This document shows positions 9,801 through 17,809 of a DNA stretch of 51,140 nucleotides, piece by piece. The translations under genes were made by a program, and so were the position numbers. A model generated the notes under the pieces. It made no database searches. It saw only the letters and a list, made by a program, of their open reading frames with translations, and had not been told where the DNA came from. Origin of the DNA: Pseudomonas sp. UBA5782 (lineage in GTDB: Bacteria; Pseudomonadota; Gammaproteobacteria; Pseudomonadales; Pseudomonadaceae); NCBI GenBank assembly GCA_002418465.1, contig DIEE01000077.1, positions 1-51,140 of the forward strand. Direction: 5' to 3'. Numbering within the stretch: position 1 is the first letter of the stretch; each line of letters opens with the position of its first letter.

Positions 9801-9835
9801 GATTCCCTGCAATCTCAACGATCCGGATAGCCACG

Positions 9836-10456
9836 ATGTTCAGCGCCAGCCCGCATTCCCAGGATCAGACGGCATTCGTGCCGAACGAGTCGACGATGGT
9901 CCGCGACCGACTGGCAGCGATGGTCCAGGCCGAGTTGCCGAATTTCCCCGCGCAGGTGATTTCCGCCTGCATTCCCTTCGCCATCAGCGACAACAGCTGG
10001 CCGCCGCTGCCCGGCAGCGAAACGGCTACCGCGGTTGCTCGGCTGGAGGCGGCGTTCAACGCTCCGGTGGCGCAGTGGGGACGGATCCACTGGCGTTGCG
10101 AGGCGCTGCGGCCATCGCGCTTCGTGTTCTCCGAGGAAACCGTCAACGGCCTGCTCGACCTGGTACGAACCCATGCCGGCAACGAGGAAACCTTCCTCGG
10201 CCGCTTCATCGGCGAGGACAGCCGGCAACGCTTCTGGCGCGAGGTGCGCTGCTTGCTGTCCACCGGCGATTTTTCCGAGCCGCCCGTGGTGGTTGGCGAA
10301 CAGGGCAGCGCCTATCTGGTGGATGGCAGCCATCGTCTGGCCGCCTACGCTTTCGTGCACGAGTGCGCGGGCGTGCGCCAGGTCTTCGAGAGCGAGCAGA
10401 AGGCCAGCGTCCCGCTGCTGGAATGCCCGCAGTTCTGGATCGCCGCACCGCTCTGA
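9836..10456 (+). CDS. Hypothetical protein with a ParB/sulfiredoxin-like motif
   Basis: 206-aa ORF that fills the gap between the ACAD and SDR genes, with high-GC3 codon usage. C-terminal EPPVVV-x6-YLVDGSHRLAA. Confidence 0.7.
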   Translation: MFSASPHSQDQTAFVPNESTMVRDRLAAMVQAELPNFPAQVISACIPFAISDNSWPPLPGSETATAVARLEAAFNAPVAQWGRIHWRCEALRPSRFVFSEETVNGLLDLVRTHAGNEETFLGRFIGEDSRQRFWREVRCLLSTGDFSEPPVVVGEQGSAYLVDGSHRLAAYAFVHECAGVRQVFESEQKASVPLLECPQFWIAAPL

Positions 10457-10476
10457 TCGTTTCGGGCGCCTGTCGA

Positions 10477-11358
10477 TCAGTCGGAAAAACCGCTCAGTTT
10501 CTCTTCGACTCTGTTCGACTTGCGCGCGCCCATGCGCACCGCCGCCGTGACCAGGCGCTGGTAGAACGCCGGCAGCAGGCGTTGCAGCATGTCAGCGGCG
10601 CGCGCGTCGGCACCGATGAGAATCCGTCGGCGGTCGCGCACTACGCCGTCGAGAATCACCGCCGCGGCCCGTTCGGGCGTGGTTCGCAACAGCTGATCAT
10701 GGAACTGCCGGCGGGCTTTCTCGCTGTCCTGTCCGGTGATCTTCGCCAGGCTGTCGTTCATGCGCGCGGTCAGGGCGATGTTGGTACGTATCCCGCCTGG
10801 GTGCACGCAACTGGCGGAGACGCCGCAGGCGGCGAGGTCCAGCTCCTGGCGCAGGGCTTCGGTGAAGCCGCGGACCGCGTATTTGCTGGCGTTGTAGGCG
10901 CTCATGCCCGGTTGGGCGAATAGCCCGAAGACGCTGGAGACGTTGACCACGTGGCCGTCGCCGCTGGCACGCAGGTACGGCAGGAAGGCCTTGCTGCCGT
11001 GCACCACGCCCCAGAAATTGATGCCCATGATCCATTCGTAATCGGCCAGTTCGCTGCCCTCGACTGTGCCGCCGTGGGCGACGCCGGCGTTGTTGAAAAT
11101 CAGGTTGACCCGTCCGTGTTCGGCCACCACGTGCTCGGCCCAGGCCTGCATAGCGCCGGCATCAATGACGTCGACGCGTGTCTCGCTCACCTCCACGCCG
11201 AACGGCCGCGCCTGCTCGGCGGTTTGCCCGAGGGACTCTTCGTTGACGTCGCTGAGCGCCAAGTGACAACCGCGCCGGGCCAGCTCCAGGGCGAGCGCGC
11301 GACCGATACCCGACCCCGCGCCGGTGATGGCGGCGACCTTGTTGGCGAAGCTCTTCAT
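10477..11358 (-). CDS. Short-chain dehydrogenase/reductase (SDR)
   Basis: MKSFANKVAAITGAGSGIG, NNAG and YNASK; the start overlaps the FMO stop (ATGA). Confidence 0.95.
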   Translation of the reverse strand: MKSFANKVAAITGAGSGIGRALALELARRGCHLALSDVNEESLGQTAEQARPFGVEVSETRVDVIDAGAMQAWAEHVVAEHGRVNLIFNNAGVAHGGTVEGSELADYEWIMGINFWGVVHGSKAFLPYLRASGDGHVVNVSSVFGLFAQPGMSAYNASKYAVRGFTEALRQELDLAACGVSASCVHPGGIRTNIALTARMNDSLAKITGQDSEKARRQFHDQLLRTTPERAAAVILDGVVRDRRRILIGADARAADMLQRLLPAFYQRLVTAAVRMGARKSNRVEEKLSGFSD

Positions 11359-12896
11359 GCTTCCACCTCCGGCGGCTGCAGCACGCCGTGCAGCGAGAGG
11401 TGCGGCAGCGGTTCGCCGAATCGATAGGCGTCGGCATCGAAGCGTCGCGTCAGTTGGCGAAAGCGCCAGGTGAATCCGGGCCATACCGTGCAGTTGCGCC
11501 CGCTGAGCGGGTGCAGGTACCAGCTGTTGCAGCCGCCGGCGTTCCACACCGTCTTGCCGAGGTCGTCCTGCAGCCCTTCGTTGAAGCGTCGCTGGGCTTC
11601 GGGCCTGACGTCCAGGCTCGGCAGGTGGTTGCGCTGCAGGTGCCGCAGAGCGCCGAGCACGTAGCTGATCTGCGATTCGATCATGTAGACCATCGAGTTG
11701 TGGCCCAGCCCGGTGTTCGGCCCCATCAGAAAGAACAGGTTGGGAAAGCCGGCGGTCAGCGTGCCCTTGTAGGCTTCCGGGCCGAGCGGCCAGCTATCCA
11801 GCAGGTCGACGCCATTGCGGCCGAATATCACTCCGCGTGGCAGCGGGTCGCTGGGCGTGAAACCGGTGCCGAAGATGATCGCATCGGCGGGGCGTTCCTC
11901 GCCGTTGGCGTCGACGATGCTGTTGGCGCGGATCTCGCGGATGCCGCTGCTGATCACCTCGACGTTCGGCTGGGTCAGGGCGGGGTAATAGTCGTTGGAG
12001 ATCAGCACGCGCTTGCAGCCCATGACGTAGTCCGGGGTGAGCTTTTCGCGCAGCGCCGGGTCCTGAATGTGCTTGTGCAGGTGGCGTCGGGCGATTTCGC
12101 TGGCGAATTTCATCAGTCGCGGGCTGATCGAAAAGCCGATCACCCGGCTTTCCAGCATTCCGTAGAGGGCGCCGCGCCAGGCCTTCTGCAACGGCGGGAA
12201 GCGCGCGAAGCTCCGCCGTTCGCGCGCGCCGATCGCCCGGTCCGGCTTGGGCATGATCCACGGTGGCGTACGCTGATAGAGGTCGAGGCGGGCGACCTGG
12301 GGCTGAATCTGCGGAACGAACTGGATCGCCGAGGCGCCGGTGCCGATCACCGCCACGCGCTTGCCGGCCAGTGCGTAGTCGTGGTCCCAGCGCTGCGAGT
12401 GGAACAGCTTGCCGGTGAAGCTCTCCACCCCGTTGAGTTTCGGAATCGATGGCGTTGACAGCCCGCCCATGCCGGAGACGACGAATTGTGCGCTGTAGTG
12501 GCGGCCATGACGGTCCTCGATCTGCCAGCGCTGTTCCTGCTCATCCCAGTTCATGAGGGTGATTTCGCAGTCGAGCAGGGTGCGCTCCTGCAATTCGTAC
12601 TTCGCCCAGCAGCCCTCCAGGTAGCTTTTGATTTCCGGTTGGCGGGCGAACATTCGGGTCCAGTTCGGGTTTGGCTCGAAGGAAAACGAGTAAAGGTGGG
12701 ATTGCACGTCGCAGGCGCAGCCGGGGTAGTTGTTCACCCGCCAGGTGCCGCCGACGCCCTGGTCCTTCTCGAACAGCAGGAAGTCCTCCTCGCCGCTCTG
12801 CTTCAGGCGTATCGCCATGCCCAGACCGGAGAAACCGGTGCCGATGATGGCGATCTTGCAACGCGTGGCGGGAGCTGTAGCCGCGGTGAACGTCAT
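11355..12896 (-). CDS. Flavin-containing monooxygenase (Baeyer-Villiger type)
   Basis: GTGFSG, GGTWRVNNYPGCACD, the FHSQRWD fingerprint and GTGASAIQ. Confidence 0.95.
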   Translation of the reverse strand: MTFTAATAPATRCKIAIIGTGFSGLGMAIRLKQSGEEDFLLFEKDQGVGGTWRVNNYPGCACDVQSHLYSFSFEPNPNWTRMFARQPEIKSYLEGCWAKYELQERTLLDCEITLMNWDEQEQRWQIEDRHGRHYSAQFVVSGMGGLSTPSIPKLNGVESFTGKLFHSQRWDHDYALAGKRVAVIGTGASAIQFVPQIQPQVARLDLYQRTPPWIMPKPDRAIGARERRSFARFPPLQKAWRGALYGMLESRVIGFSISPRLMKFASEIARRHLHKHIQDPALREKLTPDYVMGCKRVLISNDYYPALTQPNVEVISSGIREIRANSIVDANGEERPADAIIFGTGFTPSDPLPRGVIFGRNGVDLLDSWPLGPEAYKGTLTAGFPNLFFLMGPNTGLGHNSMVYMIESQISYVLGALRHLQRNHLPSLDVRPEAQRRFNEGLQDDLGKTVWNAGGCNSWYLHPLSGRNCTVWPGFTWRFRQLTRRFDADAYRFGEPLPHLSLHGVLQPPEVEA

Positions 12897-12946
12897 GGCC
12901 AGATTCCTCTTGTGGTGTTGTCGCTGGGAGAAGCGACCTTACGCAA

Positions 12947-12966
12947 AGGTAGACAACTGTATACCT
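12947..12966. promoter_or_regulatory. Palindromic operator between the divergent FMO and TetR genes
   Basis: AGGTAGACA-AC-TGTATACCT, 9-bp arms with 1 mismatch. Confidence 0.65.
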
Positions 12967-13015
12967 GTCGCGCACCCTAACCTCCGTTGGGTTAGCGCAG
13001 CGGGGTGGGAATGGC

Positions 13016-13693
13016 ATGGTGCAGTTGCAGCAGGAGCGGGCGCAGGGCAAGCAGCAACTGATGCAGGCGGCGTTACGACTGGTGACGGGCTCGCGCAGCC
13101 TGGGCAGCCTCGGGTTGCGCGAACTGGCGCGTGAGGCCGGGCTCAATCCGAACACCTTCTACCGGCATTTCGGCAGCCTCGATGAGCTGGGCCTGGCGCT
13201 GATCCAAGACGTCTCCAGCCAGTTGCGCGAGCCATTGCGCGCGCTGCGTCGGGAAGCGGCGCGTCGCGCACGGGCGAACGGACCTATCGGGCCGATGCTG
13301 CTGGGTGTGGATCTGGGACGTGGTCGGCTGGTCTGCAAGGAGACGGTGAGCCTGTATTTCCGCTTCGTCGTAGACAACCCCGGCGCTTTCATTCTCGGCG
13401 TGCGCGAGTTGCACGGCGCCTCGCCGGTGCTGCGCGCCGCGCTGCGCACAATGATGGACGCGTTCGCTGGCGACATGGCCGAGGACCTGCTGGAACTGGA
13501 ATTGCTCGCGGGACTGGAGCGCGAGAAGGTACGGCGATTGTCGTCGCTGATCAGCCGATACCTGTTCCAGGCATCGCTGGATTATCTGGAACAGGTGGAA
13601 GGGCGCGCCGCGCTGAGCGCGCAGGCGGAGGAGATGATCATCGATCTGTTCAGCGGCGCCAGCCTGCTGCACAGCCTGGATCGGGCGCCGTGA
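13016..13693 (+). CDS. TetR family transcriptional regulator (FabR/DesT-like)
   Basis: N-terminal HTH RSLGSLGLRELAREAGLNPNTFYRHFGSLDELG; divergent from the FMO-SDR operon. Confidence 0.9.
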   Translation: MVQLQQERAQGKQQLMQAALRLVTGSRSLGSLGLRELAREAGLNPNTFYRHFGSLDELGLALIQDVSSQLREPLRALRREAARRARANGPIGPMLLGVDLGRGRLVCKETVSLYFRFVVDNPGAFILGVRELHGASPVLRAALRTMMDAFAGDMAEDLLELELLAGLEREKVRRLSSLISRYLFQASLDYLEQVEGRAALSAQAEEMIIDLFSGASLLHSLDRAP

Positions 13694-13702
13694 TTCCTGA
13701 AC

Positions 13703-14251
13703 TCAGCGCTCGTCGAGGGCGAAGGCTGTCAGGGTGAAGGTGGAAATGCCGGCGTCGCCCAGCTTGGCCGAGCCACCCAGCTCGGGGAGGTCGATGATCG
13801 CGGCGGCCTCGTAGACGCTGGCACCCATGCGCTTGACCAGATTGGCGGCGGCGATCAGCGTCCCGCCGGTGGCGATCAGGTCGTCCATCAGCAGCACCGA
13901 GTCGCCTTCACAGAGGCTGTCGCGCTGCACTTCGATGACCGAGTCGCCGTATTCGGTGGAGTAGGTTTCCACCAGCAGGTCGGCCGGCAGCTTGCCTTTC
14001 TTGCGGAACAGGATCAGCGGCTTGTTCAGTTCGTAGGCGATGATCGGGCCGAGCAAAAAACCGCGGGCGTCGAGCGCGCCGACATGGCTGAACTCCGCCT
14101 CGACATAACGCTGGATGAAGCTGTCCACGACCATGCGCAGCGCGCGCGGGGACTGGAATAGAGGCGTGATGTCACGAAACACCACGCCGGGCTTGGGGAA
14201 GTCCACGACCGGACGGATAACGGATTTGATGGCGAATTCGTCGAAGATCAT
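13703..14251 (-). CDS. apt: Adenine phosphoribosyltransferase
   Basis: [18 protein letters not shown] and the PRPP-binding [11 protein letters not shown] motif. Confidence 0.97.
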   Translation of the reverse strand: MIFDEFAIKSVIRPVVDFPKPGVVFRDITPLFQSPRALRMVVDSFIQRYVEAEFSHVGALDARGFLLGPIIAYELNKPLILFRKKGKLPADLLVETYSTEYGDSVIEVQRDSLCEGDSVLLMDDLIATGGTLIAAANLVKRMGASVYEAAAIIDLPELGGSAKLGDAGISTFTLTAFALDER

Positions 14252-14303
14252 CGAGGAACCTGTGGCTTGAGTTCAGGGTTCGGCCGCCTTGGCGCGCCAA
14301 GAT

Positions 14304-14341
14304 AAACGCGCCTGGGCAGGAATGCCGCAGGCGCGTCGTTT
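14304..14341 (-). terminator. Hairpin downstream of anr, possible terminator
   Basis: AAACGCGCCTG-GGCA-ggaa-TGCC-GCAGGCGCGT stem-loop. Confidence 0.4.
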
Positions 14342-14364
14342 GAATCGGATCGGGCTGGAGCGGA

Positions 14365-15099
14365 TCAGCTCTCCAGATTGCCGCCAGCCAGTGCGCAGAG
14401 TTCGATCGGGTCGAGGATGTGAACTTCCTTGCCCTCGGCGGCCAGCAGGCCGTTCTGCTGGAAGCGGGTGAACACCCGGGAAACGGTTTCCACCGCCAGG
14501 CCCAGGTAGTTGCCGATTTCGTTGCGCGACATCGACAGGCGGAACTGGCTGGCGGAAAAGCCGCGAGCGCGGAAGCGCGCGGACAGGTTTACCAGGAAGG
14601 TGGCGATGCGCTCGTCGGCGGTTTTCTTCGACAGCAACAGCATCATCTGCTGGTCGTCGCGAATCTCGCGGCTCATCACGCGCATCAGCTGGCGACGCAG
14701 TTGCGGCAACTGCACCGAGAGCTCATCGAGCCGCTCGAAGGGAATTTCGCAGACCGACGTGGTTTCCAGCGCCTGGGCGGAAACCGGATACAGCTCGGTA
14801 TCCATGCCGGAGAGGCCGACCAGTTCGCTGGGCAGGTGGAAGCCCGTAATCTGCTCCTCACCATCGTCGGTCACGCTGAAGGTCTTCAGCGCGCCGGAAC
14901 GTACGGCGAAAACCGAGCCGAAAACGTCGCCCTGGCGGAACAGGAACTCACCCTTCTTCAGCGGGCGTCCGCGCTTGACGATCTCGTCGAGCGCATCCAT
15001 GTCTTCCATATTCAGCGATAGAGGCAAGCACAATGGAGCCAGGCTGCAATCCTTGCAGTGAGCTTGGTGTTGCCCACGAACCTTGATCGACTCGGACAT
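14365..15099 (-). CDS. anr: Anaerobic regulator ANR (FNR family)
   Basis: N-terminal [11 protein letters not shown]e-S ligands, SVCEIPF, and the [17 protein letters not shown]. Confidence 0.97.
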   Translation of the reverse strand: MSESIKVRGQHQAHCKDCSLAPLCLPLSLNMEDMDALDEIVKRGRPLKKGEFLFRQGDVFGSVFAVRSGALKTFSVTDDGEEQITGFHLPSELVGLSGMDTELYPVSAQALETTSVCEIPFERLDELSVQLPQLRRQLMRVMSREIRDDQQMMLLLSKKTADERIATFLVNLSARFRARGFSASQFRLSMSRNEIGNYLGLAVETVSRVFTRFQQNGLLAAEGKEVHILDPIELCALAGGNLES

Positions 15100-15266
15100 G
15101 AGGGGGTACCTGGTCAGACTAATTCAGCGGCAAGGGTACTCCAGCCGTCGAGCGAGGACCAGCCGGCAAGTGGCGACCCCGATGCGATGACGCCGGAATT
15201 CACCTGCAAAAGGACGAGTTGCTTGCCGATGGAGCCTCTGCGTGCCGGCCGCAGAGGCTTTGCGCA

Positions 15267-16649
15267 TCAGATGACCCGTGAATAGCGCTGGGTATTCTGC
15301 TGTGCCAGGTAGTGGTCGAACAGCATGCAGACCGAACGCACCAGGAGGCGTCCGGACGGACGGATTTCAATGCGTTCCTCGCTCAGATCGATCAGCCCGT
15401 CGCGGGCCATCTGTTGCAGCTGGGGCCAGACATCGGCGAAGTAGCTGCGGAAGTCGATCGCGTAGGCCTGCTCGATATCGGCGAAATCCAGCCGGAATTC
15501 GCAGATCAGCCGCTGGATGACCGCGCGTCGAACACGGTCGTCCTCGTTGCACTGCAAGCCGCGCAGGGTGGGCAGCTGATCGCTGTCCAGGCTCTGCTGG
15601 TAGTTGTTCAGATCGCTGCTGTTCTGGCTGTAGAGATCGCCGATCTGGCTGATCGCCGATACGCCGAGGCCGATCAGATCGCAATGGCCGTGGGTGGTGT
15701 AGCCCTGGAAGTTGCGTTGCAGGGTGCCGTCTTCCTGGGCGATTGCCAGTTCGTCGTCGGGCAGGGCGAAGTGGTCCATGCCGATATAGCGATACCCGGC
15801 AGCGGTCAGTTGGTCGATGCTGGTCTGCAGCATTTCCAGCTTCCTCGCCGGGCTTGGCAGCTCGGCGGCGTTGATCCGCCGTTGCGGCATGAAGCGTTCC
15901 GGCAGGTGCGCGTAGTTGAACACCGACAGGCGATCGGGCTGCAGGGCTATGACTTCATCCACGGTCCGCGCGAAACGCTCCGGGTCCTGCTTGGGCAGGC
16001 CGTAGATCAGGTCGATGTTGACCGAGCGGAATTGCAGGGTGTGCGCGGCGTCGACGATGGCGCGGGTTTCTTCCAGGCTCTGCAGGCGGTTGACGGCGCG
16101 TTGCACGTCGGGGTCGAGGTCCTGGACGCCGAGGCTCACCCGGTTGAAGCCCAGTTCGCGGAGCAGGCCCATGGTCGACCAGTCGGCCTCGCGCGGGTCG
16201 ATCTCGATGCCGTAGTCGCCAGAGTCGTCATCCAGCAGATTGAAGTGCTTGCGCAGGTGCCCCATCAGCCGGCGCAGTTCGTCGTGGCTGAGGAAGGTCG
16301 GGGTGCCGCCGCCGAAGTGCAGCTGCTCGACGATCTGCTGCGGGTCCAGGTGGCAGGCGATCAGCTCGATTTCCTTCTCCAGGCGCTCCAGGTAGGGCAG
16401 CGCGCGGCCACGGTCCTTGGTGACGACCTTGTTGCAGGCGCAGTAGTAGCAAATGTTGGCGCAGAACGGCACGTGGATGTACAGCGACAGCGGGCGCATC
16501 GCCTTGCGGCTGTCGCGAAGCGCGTGCAGCAGATCGAACGAACCGACGCCGTTGTTGAACTGCACTGCCGTTGGGTAGGAGGTATAGCGTGGTCCGGCCA
16601 TGTCGTAACGGCGGATCAGATTAGTGTCCCAGCAAATGGAGTCGTGCAT
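15267..16649 (-). CDS. hemN: Oxygen-independent coproporphyrinogen III oxidase
   Basis: GPRYTSYPTA, radical SAM motif HVPFCANICYYCAC and RNFQGY. Confidence 0.97.
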   Translation of the reverse strand: MHDSICWDTNLIRRYDMAGPRYTSYPTAVQFNNGVGSFDLLHALRDSRKAMRPLSLYIHVPFCANICYYCACNKVVTKDRGRALPYLERLEKEIELIACHLDPQQIVEQLHFGGGTPTFLSHDELRRLMGHLRKHFNLLDDDSGDYGIEIDPREADWSTMGLLRELGFNRVSLGVQDLDPDVQRAVNRLQSLEETRAIVDAAHTLQFRSVNIDLIYGLPKQDPERFARTVDEVIALQPDRLSVFNYAHLPERFMPQRRINAAELPSPARKLEMLQTSIDQLTAAGYRYIGMDHFALPDDELAIAQEDGTLQRNFQGYTTHGHCDLIGLGVSAISQIGDLYSQNSSDLNNYQQSLDSDQLPTLRGLQCNEDDRVRRAVIQRLICEFRLDFADIEQAYAIDFRSYFADVWPQLQQMARDGLIDLSEERIEIRPSGRLLVRSVCMLFDHYLAQQNTQRYSRVI

Positions 16650-16708
16650 CGCGGCGGTACCGTAGCGTTCAGGTCGGGCAAGTCTAGGAGGCGCGGCCAT
16701 GGGCCTCC

Positions 16709-16722
16709 TTGACCTGTATCAA
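16709..16722 (-). promoter_or_regulatory. ANR/FNR box upstream of hemN
   Basis: TTGAT-ACAG-GTCAA on the minus strand, 1 mismatch to TTGAT-N4-ATCAA, ~60 bp upstream of the start. Confidence 0.85.
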
Positions 16723-16881
16723 CCAGCTCTGGCAGTGGGGTTGTCGCCGGGCTGGAGCCGGCGGCGGGTGCGGGTTCGCGCCTGAGTTGAAGTTCGCGCG
16801 TCGGCCGATTCCTGGATGGGCGCGAGAAATACATCGGCAAGATGGTTGAATTCCTGGCTCTCGCCAGTGGCTTATCGGCAA

Positions 16882-17589
16882 TCAGTGCTGACTGGCAGTA
16901 TGCCCCGTGTGACCCATCAGCATTGCCTGGTGCGGGCCGGGGAGGGTCCACAGGCCGAAGAGGATTACCAGCAGGCCACCGGCGACGCGCACGCCGCGTT
17001 TGCGCAGCAGGGCGGTGGTGCGTTCGGCGGCGAGACCGGTCGCCAGCAGCACCGGCCAGGTGCCGAGGCCGAAGACCAGCATCAGCAGCGCACTGTGCAG
17101 CGCATTGCCCTGGCTGGCCGACCATAGCAGCGTGCTGTAGACGAGTCCGCACGGCAGCCAGCCCCAGAGTGCACCGAACAGCAGCGCGCGCGGCAGGCTA
17201 TTGACCGGCAGAAGCCGCTTGCTCAGTGGCTGGATGTAGCGCCAGAGGTGGCGGCCCAGGCCCTCGATGCGCGTCAGGCCGCTCCACCAGCCGGCGAGAT
17301 AAAGCCCCATGGCGATCAGCAACAATCCGGCAGCGATACGCATGCCCGCGGCAACCGGGGTGTTGGCGATCGCCCAGCCGGCGCTGCCGATCAACAGTCC
17401 GGCGCTGGCGTAGCTGAGGATGCGTCCGAAGTTGTAGCCGATCAGCAGCTGCAGGCGGCGTCCACGTTGCTCGGGCGGGATGGCCATGGTCAGGGCGCCC
17501 ATCAGGCCGCCGCACATGCCCAGGCAGTGACCGCCACCCAGCAAACCGAGGACAAAGGCGGAGACCAGCAGCGGCAGCAGCTCAGTCAC
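16882..17589 (-). CDS. cbb3 assembly-associated membrane protein (DsbD-like / TauE-SafE family)
   Basis: GGGHCLGMCGG and GWLPCGLVY motifs, multiple TM helices, last gene of the ccoGHIS cluster. Confidence 0.9.
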   Translation of the reverse strand: MTELLPLLVSAFVLGLLGGGHCLGMCGGLMGALTMAIPPEQRGRRLQLLIGYNFGRILSYASAGLLIGSAGWAIANTPVAAGMRIAAGLLLIAMGLYLAGWWSGLTRIEGLGRHLWRYIQPLSKRLLPVNSLPRALLFGALWGWLPCGLVYSTLLWSASQGNALHSALLMLVFGLGTWPVLLATGLAAERTTALLRKRGVRVAGGLLVILFGLWTLPGPHQAMLMGHTGHTASQH

Positions 17590-17788
17590 GCGGCTGTTCC
17601 TTGCTCGGCCGCCCCTCGGCCTCGTCGATGCCAGCCTGATGACGCGGGTCTTCGTCGTCGAAGAGGATGCTGTGCGCAGGACTGTCCATGTCGTCGTACT
17701 GGCCGGAGTCGACGGCCCAGAAGAACAGCCAGATGGCCAGGCCGACGATTATCACGGCGATCGGGATCATTACGTACAGCGCGGTCAT
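17582..17788 (-). CDS. ccoS: cbb3 oxidase maturation protein CcoS
   Basis: FFWAVDSGQYDDMDSPAHSILFDD motif. Confidence 0.95.
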   Translation of the reverse strand: MTALYVMIPIAVIIVGLAIWLFFWAVDSGQYDDMDSPAHSILFDDEDPRHQAGIDEAEGRPSKEQPRD

Positions 17789-17809
17789 GGAAGCTCCGTT
17801 ACGACGGTC

